DNA of 64,000 nucleotides from Macrostomum hystrix (lineage: Eukaryota > Animalia > Platyhelminthes), in assembly GCA_950097015.1 (NCBI GenBank), contig CATNEN010000018.1, positions 157,967-221,966 of the forward strand, given 5' to 3'. The translations under genes and the position numbers were made by a program. The notes under the pieces are model-generated. The model had not been told where the DNA came from. It did not search any database and saw only the letters and a list, made by a program, of their open reading frames with translations. Positions within the stretch are counted from its first letter, which is position 1. Every line of letters begins with the position of its first letter. Below are positions 53,504 through 64,000 of the stretch, piece after piece.

Positions 53504-55645
53504 GCAATTTGGCTGACAAGCGGGCAGCCAGGCAGTTTTTGTGCTCAATAACTTAGTTCTGAGCTGGCAGAAGTATTCCACTGGGCCGTGCAGGAGATGG
53601 GAGGCATTTATACGGATTCGCTGCACATGCAACGCCCCGTGTCTCTAGTTGTGCTGCCTCTCCGTCTGCCCGCATTCTGATTGGCCAGCAAGGCATTCTA
53701 ATCAGTTGGAGGGGGGCGTGGCAGCTGAGCATGAGTGCGAGCCGCACAGCAACTCGAGGTCGCTCAATTTGGCCAGGGGACGCATCGGACTGATTTGGGG
53801 TGGGTGACTGGTGGTCGCAATCCCCTCAGGGGAGGCTGCAGGGAGCCTTTGGGAAGAGGGGAGAGAGGAGGAAAGCTAAAAATATCCCAATCATGTGAGC
53901 TGGCACAGGAGAGACAGTAATATATGTAAAAGTGAGTTTGAGTTGCTTCTGTAGCTGAGAAGCTGAGAATTGTTGTTGACCGTTTTTCAGCTCGGCTTTT
54001 CCTGGCTTTAATTGCTCTCAATTGTGACAGGATGAGGCAGGAAAGTCCTGCTTGTGCCGCTTTGCCCAGGAAATCCGCTATTCAGAAACTGCCGCTTCCT
54101 TTTACTTCTTTTACTCGATGCAACCAATGGGATTGTCGCTTGGCGGCTTGTGCACTAAATAATTGGGATATTGTTGGGGAAAACCCTGTGCCCTGAGTAT
54201 CTCCGCCCCTTTTATTGCTCATTTTCTTAGATTTATTTTCTAATTAATCGATAAACCCATCAAAGAACGTCTATGTCTTAGCCATACACATGAAACCATC
54301 TGTGATTGGACACCCTGTCTTAGCCATACACATGAAACATCTGTGATTGGACACCCTGTCTTAGCCATACACATGAAACCATCTGTGATTGGACACCCTG
54401 TCTTAGCCATACACATGAAACCATCTGTGATTGGACACCCTGTCTTAGCCATACACATGAAACCATCTGTGATTGGACACCCTGTCTTAGCCATAGACAT
54501 GAAACAGTGGACACATTGGACACCCTGCCGAGTGATATATAGTACAAAATAGGCTTACAGAAGGACAGCTTGCATACTCTGTCCGAGTTGGAGTATTGTA
54601 GCATGTCGCATAATCTGAGTAGGAAGGCTCAACCAGACTCAAAGATTTCAGATCGATAAGGCTGAGAAGAAAGAAATTTGATCTACAAAAGGCGGATGAA
54701 ACGAAAGTAGACAGCAGAGCACAGAGCAAATAGTGAGTGATCTTCAATAAAGTGCAACAAGTTAAAAATGGGAAACAGCTTGGGCCGCGGTTCGTTAGCT
54801 GCCTGTGCAAAAGTACTAAAATAACCTTGCTTTTCGGTCAGTGAGTTGAGACTGCTCTGGTTGGACTCGAGCCTAGCCCTGTCTCATTAGGACCCGCCGT
54901 GAGCATGAGAGGAAGCAATACGTGAGTTGGGGTGCGTGAATTCGCCTGTGTGAGTTTTTGCGCCCAGTGCGATTCGTCAGTAGAGCACATTTGATTTGAG
55001 CAGTGGTGCTCAACTATGATTAGCCAGCTGGTGTGAGACATTGCCGCGTGTTTTCTTTAACGAAGGAATTTTGATTCGCCTGCCCTGGGGACTGCCCGCA
55101 GGCAAGACACAAATGTACTTTTGTGAATCACAATCTGCGCTTCAGTCAGCAGTAAATTGGCTCCTCGTAGGTTAAAGCTTATAGGACTTCAGCCTGAGAG
55201 TCCTGACGATCAGATTTCACTGCTGGTGCTCAACAACTGTCTTATTTTCTCTTCAATTCGTGGCGGCAGACCGAAAATTATTAAAGGTCATGACGACGGT
55301 TACGATTTTTTCTGTCGATTGATTATTTACTAATTAATTTGTTTCTTTTCAATGGTCAGTCTGCATCTTTTGACGGGGGTGCATCAGTTTCTCGGGATGT
55401 TTTGTGTCTCACTGCAATGCCCAGCAAATCGATGGACTCTGGGCCTGACCTAAATTTGAGTCGCCTGTGGCGCTCAGCTCAGCTATCGACTGGCGTAATC
55501 ACATGGTTGCCATGGTAACACTGCGCTTAACTGTTGATAGAAATGTTAGACGCTCACCATCGATTCAGGCCGAGTTATTTTGCCTTCGATCTAGAAAGAC
55601 TCACCTGGAGATTGAACAGCCAAAAACTCATGAACATCTACAATT

Positions 55646-56793
55646 TATCCCTACCAAGCAGTCTCTATACCAATGTGTTTACACTAGCTCATCTGCATTC
55701 TATCCCTACCAAGCAGTCTCTATACCAATGTGTGTACACTAGCTCACCTGCATTCTATCCCTACCAAGCAGTCTCTATACCAATGTGTGTACACTAGCCC
55801 ATCAATATTCTATCCCTACCAAGCAGTCTCTATACCAATGTGTGTACACTAGCTCATCTGCATTCTATCTCTACCAAGCAGTCTCTATACCAATGTGTGT
55901 ACACTAGCTCATCTGCATTCTATCTCTACCAAGCAGTCTCTATACCAATGTGTGTACACTAGCTCACCTGCATTCTATCTCTACCAAGCAGTCTCTATAC
56001 CAATGTGTGTACACTAGCCCATCAATATTCTATCCCTACCAAGCAGTCTCTATACCAATGTGTGTACACTAGCCCATCAATATTCTATCCCTACCAAGCA
56101 GTCTCTATACCAATGTGTGTACACTAGCTCATCTGCATTCTATCCCTACCAAGCAGTCTCTATACCAATGTGTGTACACTAGCTCATCTGCATTCTATCC
56201 CTACCAAGCAGTCTCTATACCAATGTGTGTACACTAGCTCATCTGCATTCTATCTCTACCAAGCAGTCTCTATACCAATGTGTGTACACTAGCTCATCTG
56301 CATTCTATCTCTACCAAGCAGTCTCTATACCAATGTGTGTACACTAGCTCATCTGCATTCTATCCCTACCAAGCAGTCTCTATACCAATGTGTGTACACT
56401 AGCTCATCTGCATTCTATCTCTACCAAGCAGACTCTATACCAATGTGTGTACACTAGCTCATCTGCATTCTATCCCTACCAGGCAGTCTCTATACCAATG
56501 TGTGTACACTAGCTCATCTGCATTCTATCCCTACCAAGCAGTCTCTATACCAATGTGTGTACACTAGCTCATCTGCATTCTATCCCTACCAGGCAGTCTC
56601 TATACCAATGTGTGTACACTAGCTCATCTGCATTCTATCCCTACCAAGCAGTCTCTATACCAATGTGTGTACACTAGCTCATCTGCATTCTATCCCTACC
56701 AGGCAGTCTCTATACCAATGTGTGTACACTAGCTCATCTGCATTCTATCCCTACCAAGCAGTCTCTATACCAATGTGTGTACACTAGATCATC
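55646..56793. repeat. 55-bp minisatellite, copy 2 (~21 units)
   Basis: The offset between copies grows by 220 bp (4 x 55) across the array. Confidence 0.97.
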
Positions 56794-57000
56794 AATATTC
56801 TATTTAGCAAGCGGGTAAAGGTAGAAAGTTTGCTTGATCTTTTAGAAGCAGTGCAAGAGCAGCAGGCATTGTTGACACAGCAGCGTTTCTGGAGTCCCTT
56901 GCCATCTCGCCATGTAATGCGACTTGGAGTTCTTTAGGGCGAAGGAAAGCTAAATTAGTCTAGGATTGTGGCTGAGACTGGGCCGTTGCGGCGAGACCTC

Positions 57001-58038
57001 ATGACAGCTGAGGCTTGCACTGAGTCAACAAGGCAGGACTCGGGCCTGTTTTTTCGGCAGTATAAGAGTAAATATCTACCGAATGCACGAACCTTCGGTC
57101 GAGTTACGCGCTGATTCTCGCTGCCTGAGTTATGTTTAAACATGGCCGAGATGTACGTACGACAGAAATTGAACCAGGCGCCGGTCGGTGAGACGCAGGT
57201 CGGTGAGACGCAGGTCGGTGAGACGCAGGACGGTGAGACGAAGGTCGGTGAGGCGCAGGTCGGTGAGGCGCAGGTCGGTGAGACGAAGGTCGGTGAGACG
57301 CAGGTCGGTGAGACGCAGGTCGGTGAGACGCAGGACGGTGAGACGAAGGTCGGTGAGGCGCAGGTCGGTGAGGCGCAGGTCGGTGAGACGCAGGTCGGTG
57401 AGACGAAGGTCGGTGAGGCGCAGGTCGGTGAGACGCAGGTCGGTGAGACGAAGGTCGGTGAGACGAAGGTCGGTGAGACGAAGGTCGGTGAGGCGCAGGT
57501 CCGTGAGACGAAGGTCGGTGAGACGAAGGTCGGTGAGGCGCAGGTCCGTGAGGCGCCAATGGTTCGCAGAATTCGCCATTCGACCAGCAGCAACTGTGTC
57601 GCACAGCAGTCACAAGCAATGGAGCAGCCACGCAGGCACAGCACTATCTTTCCGCAGCAGCAACATCTTGTACTTCAGCGTCCTAGGCGAGGTAGAATGT
57701 TCAGTCTATTTCATTGGGAAAGCGCCGCTGAAGCTCTGCGATGGCAACAGCCAGCTGGTACAAAGTAAGATTACGGAAATGAAAGTTAACAACTTTGCGT
57801 ACCATAGCTTTCAATTAGTAGAACATTTTATGACCATATTCAATGATTGGGATTTAAGTAAACATGAATTCAAGTAAGTTGAAATTTTATTGAATAGGGA
57901 TTTCAGTGAAACAAGATGTCAAAAAACTGGGATTTGAAAGAATCGGGATTTAATATTGATTTTGATTTGAGTTATTTGGGATTTCAGTGAATTGTGTTTG
58001 AGAAAGAAAGCTTGACTTTGTTGTTAATTTTCAGCCGT

Positions 58039-58079
<41 letters not shown>

Positions 58080-58473
58080 TCCCAGCTGCCCTACGCGCCG
58101 CTTTCAATCAGCGGACAACTATTATCCTATAGCCTACGTGCTGCGGGAAGAGGACTTGCAGTCCGCGGACACTCACCCGGTCTCCGAGCGGACTCGCACC
58201 GTGGAGCTGCTGCCCCAGGCTGACGGCCGGGACGCCACCGTTCGCATTGTTGCTGAAGCCCGGCTAGCGCCGACGCAGCCACCGGAGCGGCCGCCGCATC
58301 TGCCGGCGTCGCCCTACGCCTACGTGCCGGGGCGACGGCTGGCACCGAGCCGCTCAACAGAAGCTGCTCCGTCAGAAACGAGGCGCAGGCCAGCCTCTTC
58401 AACTGTGGCAGCAGTCGGAGCGAGTGAGTCAAGCAGAGTCAGGCAGTTGGTGGCAAGGTTTCAAGATGGGTAG
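57001..58473 (+). pseudogene. Paralog of the VGE-repeat/polyQ gene with an in-frame TGA at 57112-57114 (may still be translated from ATG 57142); exons ..57764 and 58035..58473
   Basis: TGT (2592-2594, Cys) in copy 1 is TGA here; nine fewer pentapeptide units; Q13 instead of Q12; splice sites intact. Confidence 0.5.
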
Positions 58474-58526
58474 CTGTCTACTCAAGACCCTGGCTTATCT
58501 ATGGTAGAAACTGCTCGTCAAGTTGA

Positions 58527-58962
58527 TAACCTGTTCGTCAAGCTCATACCTGTTCGTCAAGCTCATACCTGTTCGTCAAGCTCATACCTGTTCGTCAAGC
58601 TCATACCTGTTCGTCAAGCTCATACCTGTTCGTCAAGCTCATACCTGTTCGTCAAGCTCATACCTGTTCGTCAAGCTCATACCTGTTCGTCAAGCTCATA
58701 CCTGTTCGTCAAGCCCATACCTGTTCGTCAAGCTCATACCTGTTCGTCAAGCTCATACCTGTTCGTCAAGCTCATACCTGTTCGTCAAGCTCATACCTGT
58801 TCGTCAAGCTCATACCTGTTCGTCAAGCTCATACCTGTTCGTCAAGCTCATACCTGTTCGTCAAGCTCATACCTGTTCGTCAAGCTCATACCTGTTCGTC
58901 AAGCTCATACCTGTTCGTCAAGCTCATACCTGTTCGTCAAGCTCATACCTGTTCGTCAAGTT
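58527..58962. repeat. 19-bp minisatellite, copy 2 (~23 units)
   Basis: 228 bp (12 units) longer than copy 1. Confidence 0.97.
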
Positions 58963-59664
58963 ATTACCTCCTATCCTTAAAAGTAATTGTTAAAAATGTT
59001 TTCTCATGTATGTTTGTCAAAATGGTTTAAATTTGAGGCCAAAAGTTTAAAACCTAAATTTGCAATTATCAGAGATTTGAATAAACGTTAATGTTAAAAA
59101 ATATCAGTTGAAAGCTTTGGCAAATGCGTGACACTTTGATAAGTGCATGCGCATTGACATGGAAAACAGCATGGTGTTAATGCAAGCTCGTATCGAATGC
59201 GCAATAAATATTGATATAAATATAAATATTGACCCTTAACCAAAAACATCCTGCATCTAAACGATAAGGCTATAAAAAGTTAAAAGGACATGGCATCGTC
59301 TTCTACCTTTTTAGATTTTTGTGTCAGAAATTAACTAATATGTTGCACAAATTAATCAAAAATCAAGACATCCTTGTTAAAATCTATCTGTTGATTTTCT
59401 GATATCAATTTTTACGTTAATCTACTTACCTCTAGAAATCGAACCGCGAGGGTGGCTTCAAGTGTATCACAAAATTAGTTCTTTCTTATCGTTTTATCTT
59501 ATTTGTCAATTTTTTATAACTGCTACCTAATGCAGAGCTACCTAATACATTGCATTTAATTCAAGCCGTGAGCACTTTAATGCGATATTGAGGTACTGCT
59601 CAAATACACAAGTACATGATTGGGACTGCGAGCAGTTACGGGATTGCAGTCTCATAATTGAAAA

Positions 59665-62600
59665 CTCTTCTCTTTTCTTCTCTTCTTCTCTTCTCTTCTC
59701 TTCTCTTCTTCTCTTCTCTTCTCTTCTCTTCTCTCCTCTTCTCTTCTCTTCTTCTCTTCTTCTCTCCTCTCTTCTTCTCTTCTCTTTTCCTCCTCTCTTC
59801 TTCTCTTCTCTTTTCCTCCTCTCTTCTTCTCTTCTCTTTTCCTCCTCTCTTCTTCTCTTCTCTTTTCCTCCTCTCTTCTTCTCTTCTCTTTTCCTCCTCT
59901 CTTCTTCTCTTCTCTTTTCCTCCTCTCTTCTTCTCTTCTCTTTTCCTCCTCTCTTCTTCTCTTCTCTTTTCCTCCTCTCTTCTTCTCTTCTCTTTTCCTC
60001 TTCTCTTCTTCTCTTCTCTTCTCTTCTCTTCTCTCCTCTTCTCTTCTCTCTTCTTCTCTTCTCTTCTCTTCTTCTCTTCTCCTCTCTTCTCTTCTCTTCT
60101 TCTCTTCTCTTCTATTCTCTTCTCTTCTTCTCTTCTCTTTTCCTCTTCTCTTCTTCTCTTCTCTTCTCTTCTCTTCTCTCCTCTTCTCTTCTCTTCTCTC
60201 CTCTTCTCTTCTCTTCTTCTCTTCTCCTCTCTTCTCTTCTCTTCTTCTCTTCTCTTCTATTCTCTTCTCTTCTTTTCTTCCCTTCTCTTCTTCTCTTCTC
60301 TTCACTTCTCTTCTTCTCTTCTTCTCTTCTTCTCTTCTCTTCTCTTCTTCTCTTCTTCTTTTCTCTTCTCTTCTCTTCTCTTCTCATCTCATCTCTTCTT
60401 CTCTTCTCTTCTTCTCTTCTCTTCTTCTCTTCTCTTCTTCTCTTCTTCTCTTCTTCTCTTCTCTTCTTCTCTTCTCTTTTCTTCTCTTCTTCTCTCCTCT
60501 CTTCTTCTCTTCTCTTTTCCTCCTCTCTTCTTCTCTTCTCTTTTCCTCTTCTCTTCTTCTCTTCTCTTCTCTTCTCTTCTCTCCTCTTCTCTTCTCTCTT
60601 CTTCTCTTCTCTTCTCTTCTTCTCTTCTCCTCTCTTCTCTTCTCTTCTTCTCTTCTATTCTCTTCTCTTCTTCTCTTCTCTTTTCCTCTTCTCTTCTTCT
60701 CTTCTCTTCTCTTCTCTTTTCCTCTTCTCTTCTTCTCTTCTCTTCTCTTCTCTTCTCTCCTCTTCTCTTCTCTTCTCTTCTTCTCTTCTCTTCTATTCTC
60801 TTCTCTTCTTTTCTTCCCTTCTCTTCTTCTCTTCTCTTCACTTCTCTTCTTCTCTTCTTCTCTTCTTCTCTTCTCTTCTCTTCTTCTCTTCTTCTTTTCT
60901 CTTCTCTTCTCTTCTCTTCTCATCTCATCTCTTCTTCTCTTCTCTTCTTCTCTTCTCTTCTTCTCTTCTCTTCTTCTCTTCTCTTCTTCTCTTCTTCTCT
61001 TCTCTTCTTCTCTTCTCTTTTCTTCTCTTCTTCTCTTCTCTTCTTCTCTTCTTCTCTTCTCTTCTCTTCTTCTCTTCTTCTTTTCTCTTCTCTTCTTCTC
61101 TTCTCTTTTCCTCTTCTCTTCTTCTCTTCTCTTCTTCTCTTCTCTTTTCCTCTTCTCTTCTTCTCTTCTCTTCTCTTCTCTTCTCTCCTCTTCTCTTCTC
61201 TTCTCTCCTCTTCTCTTCTCTTCTTCTCTTCTCCTCTCTTCTCTTCTCTTCTTCTCTTCTCTTCTATTCTCTTCTCTTCTTTTCTTCCCTTCTCTTCTTC
61301 TCTTCTCTTCACTTCTCTTCTTCTCTTCTCTTCTCTTCTTCTCTTCTTCTTTTCTCTTCTCTTCTCTTCTCTTCTCATCTCATCTCTTCTTCTCTTCTCT
61401 TCTTCTCTTCTCTTCTTCTCTTCTCTTCTTCTCTTCTTCTCTTCTCTTCTCTTCTTCTCTTCTTCTTTTCTCTTCTCTTCTTCTCTTCTCTTTTCCTCTT
61501 CTCTTCTTCTCTTCTCTTCTTCTCTTCTCTTTTCCTCTTCTCTTCTTCTCTTCTCTTCTCTTCTCTTCTCTCCTCTTCTCTTCTCTTCTCTCCTCTTCTC
61601 TTCTCTTCTTCTCTTCTCCTCTCTTCTCTTCTCTTCTTCTCTTCTCTTCTATTCTCTTCTCTTCTTTTCTTCCCTTCTCTTCTTCTCTTCTCTTCACTTC
61701 TCTTCTTCTCTTCTCTTCTCTTCTTCTCTTCTTCTTTCTCTTCTCTTCTCTTCTCTTCTCATCTCATCTCTTCTTCTCTTCTCTTCTTCTCTTCTCTTCT
61801 TCTCTTCTCTTCTTCTCTTCTTCTCTTCTCTTCTCTTCTTCTCTTCTTCTTTTCTCTTCTCTTCTTCTCTTCTCTTTTCCTCTTCTCTTCTTCTCTTCTC
61901 TTCTTCTCTTCTCTTTTCCTCTTCTCTTCTTCTCTTCTCTTCTCTTCTCTTCTCTCCTCTTCTCTTCTCTTCTCTCCTCTTCTCTTCTCTTCTTCTCTTC
62001 TCCTCTCTTCTCTTCTCTTCTTCTCTTCTCTTCTATTCTCTTCTCTTCTTTTCTTCCCTTCTCTTCTTCTCTTCTCTTCACTTCTCTTCTTCTCTTCTTC
62101 TCTTCTTCTCTTCTCTTCTCTTCTTCTCTTCTTCTTTTCTCTTCTCTTCTCTTCTCTTCTCATCTCATCTCTTCTTCTCTTCTCTTCTTCTCTTCTCTTC
62201 TTCTCTTCTCTTCTTCTCTTCTTCTCTTCTCTTCTCTTCTTCTCTTCTTCTTTTCTCTTCTCTTCTCTTCTCTTCTCATCTCATCTCTTCTTCTCTTCTC
62301 TTCTTCTCTTCTCTTCTTCTCTTCTCTTCTTCTCTTCTTCTCTTCTTCTCTTCTCTTCTTCTCTTCTCTTTTCTTCTCTTCTTCTCTCCTCTCTTCTTCT
62401 CTTCTCTTTTCCTCCTCTCTTCTTCTCTTCTCTTTTCCTCCTCTCTTCTTCTCTTCTCTTTTCCTCTTCTCTTCTTCTCTTCTCTTCTCTTCTCTTCTCT
62501 CCTCTTCTCTTCTCTCTTCTTCTCTTCTCTTCTCTTCTTCTCTTCTCCTCTCTTCTCTTCTCTTCTTCTCTTCTCTTCTATTCTCTTCTCTTCTTCTCTT

Positions 62601-64000
62601 CTCTTTTCCTCTTCTCTTCTTCTCTTCTCTTCTCTTCTCTTCTCTCCTCTTCTCTTCTCTTCTCTCCTCTTCTCTTCTCTTCTTCTCTTCTTCTCTCTTC
62701 TCTTCTCTTCTTCTCTTCTCTTCTATTCTCTTCTCTTCTTTTCTTCCCTTCTCTTCTTCTCTTCTCTTCACTTCTCTTCTTCTCTTCTTCTCTTCTTCTC
62801 TTCTCTTCTCTTCTTCTCCTCTTCTTTTCTCTTCTCTTCTCTTCTCTTCTCATCTCATCTCTTCTTCTCTTCTCTTCTTCTCTTCTCTTCTTCTCTTCTC
62901 TTCTTCTCTTCTTCTCTTCTTCTCTTCTCTTCTTCTCTTCTCTTTTCTTCTCTTCTTCTCTCCTCTCTTCTTCTCTTCTCTTTTCCTCCTCTCTTCTTCT
63001 CTTCTCTTTTCCTCTTCTCTTCTTCTCTTCTCTTCTCTTCTCTTCTCTCCTCTTCTCTTCTCTCTTCTTCTCTTCTCTTCTCTTCTTCTCTTCTCCTCTC
63101 TTCTCTTCTCTTCTTCTCTTCTCTTCTATTCTCTTCTCTTCTTCTCTTCTCTTTTCCTCTTCTCTTCTTCTCTTCTCTTCTCTTCTCTTTTCCTCTTCTC
63201 TTCTTCTCTTCTCTTCTCTTCTCTTCTCTCCTCTTCTCTTCTCTTCTCTTCTTCTCTTCTCTTCTATTCTCTTCTCTTCCTTTCTTCCCTTCTCTTCTTC
63301 TCTTCTCTTCACTTCTCTTCTTCTCTTCTTCTCTTCTTCTCTTCTCTTCTCTTCTTCTCTTCTTCTTTTCTCTTCTCTTCTCTTCTCTTCTCATCTCATC
63401 TCTTCTTCTCTTCTCTTCTTCTCTTCTCTTCTTCTCTTCTCTTCTTCTCTTCTCTTCTTCTCTTCTTCTCTTCTCTTCTTCTCTTCTCTTTTCTTCTCTT
63501 CTTCTCTCCTCTCTTCTTCTCTTCTCTTTTCCTCTTCTCTTCTTCTCTTCTCTTCTTCTCTTCTCTTTTCCTCTTCTCTTCTTCTCTTCTCTTCTCTTCT
63601 CTTCTCTCCTCTTCTCTTCTCTTCTCTCCTCTTCTCTTCTCTTCTTCTCTTCTCCTCTCTTCTCTTCTCTTCTTCTCTTCTCTTCTATTCTCTTCTCTTC
63701 TTTTCTTCCCTTCTCTTCTTCTCTTCTCTTCACTTCTCTTCTTCTCTTCTTCTCTTCTTCTCTTCTCTTCTCTTCTTCTCTTCTTCTTTTCTCTTCTCTT
63801 CTCTTCTCTTCTCATCTCATCTCTTCTTCTCTTCTCTTCTTCTCTTCTCTTCTTCTCTTCTCTTCTTCTCTTCTTCTCTTCTTCTCTTCTCTTCTTCTCT
63901 TCTCTTTTCTTCTCTTCTTCTCTCCTCTCTTCTTCTCTTCTCTTTTCCTCCTCTCTTCTTCTCTTCTCTTTTCCTCTTCTCTTCTTCTCTTCTCTTCTCT
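59665..64000. repeat. Degenerate (CTCTT)n tract 4 (>4.3 kb, runs off the window) with ~380-570-bp higher-order units
   Basis: Private marker CATCTCATCT recurs at 60385, 60921, 61376, 61760, 62161, 62277, 62851, 63392 and 63813. Confidence 0.98.

Larger units (their letters stand above)
54274..59670 (+). repeat. Segmental duplication, copy 2 (paralog of 1-5030), including the 42-bp array at 54274-54496
   Basis: Colinear near-identity with 1-5030. Confidence 0.97.

Overview
Eukaryotic (animal) genomic DNA with spliceosomal GT-AG introns. Roughly half of it is tandem repeat: four (CTCTT)n-type pyrimidine tracts of 0.9 to 5 kb and more than a dozen mini-/satellite arrays. The style resembles a repeat-rich invertebrate such as a free-living flatworm, but that is inference only. 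The best-supported gene is a three-exon, ~1055-aa ankyrin-repeat + cGAS/Mab-21-family nucleotidyltransferase (cGLR) at 23948-28761(+). It keeps a putative catalytic triad, its near-identical 99-bp ankyrin repeats vary almost only at target-binding positions, it ends in a Cys-rich CaaX-like tail, and its first intron holds four tandem competing 3' splice sites. Also present are a DEG/ENaC terminal exon, a DUF4806-like gene, a secreted PAN/Apple-domain exon, a partial THAP domain, a two-TM protein and a VGE-pentapeptide/polyQ gene. That last gene lies in a >=5-kb block that recurs ~54.3 kb downstream at roughly 99% identity. Mobile DNA includes a tRNA-derived SINE with an 11-bp TSD, two inverted hAT MITEs with 8-bp TSDs, and a ~6.2-kb non-autonomous Gypsy-like LTR element with a tRNA-Leu-like PBS and a PPT. 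Most long ORFs in the supplied track are artefacts of low-complexity repeats. All calls were made by eye; no database searches were run.
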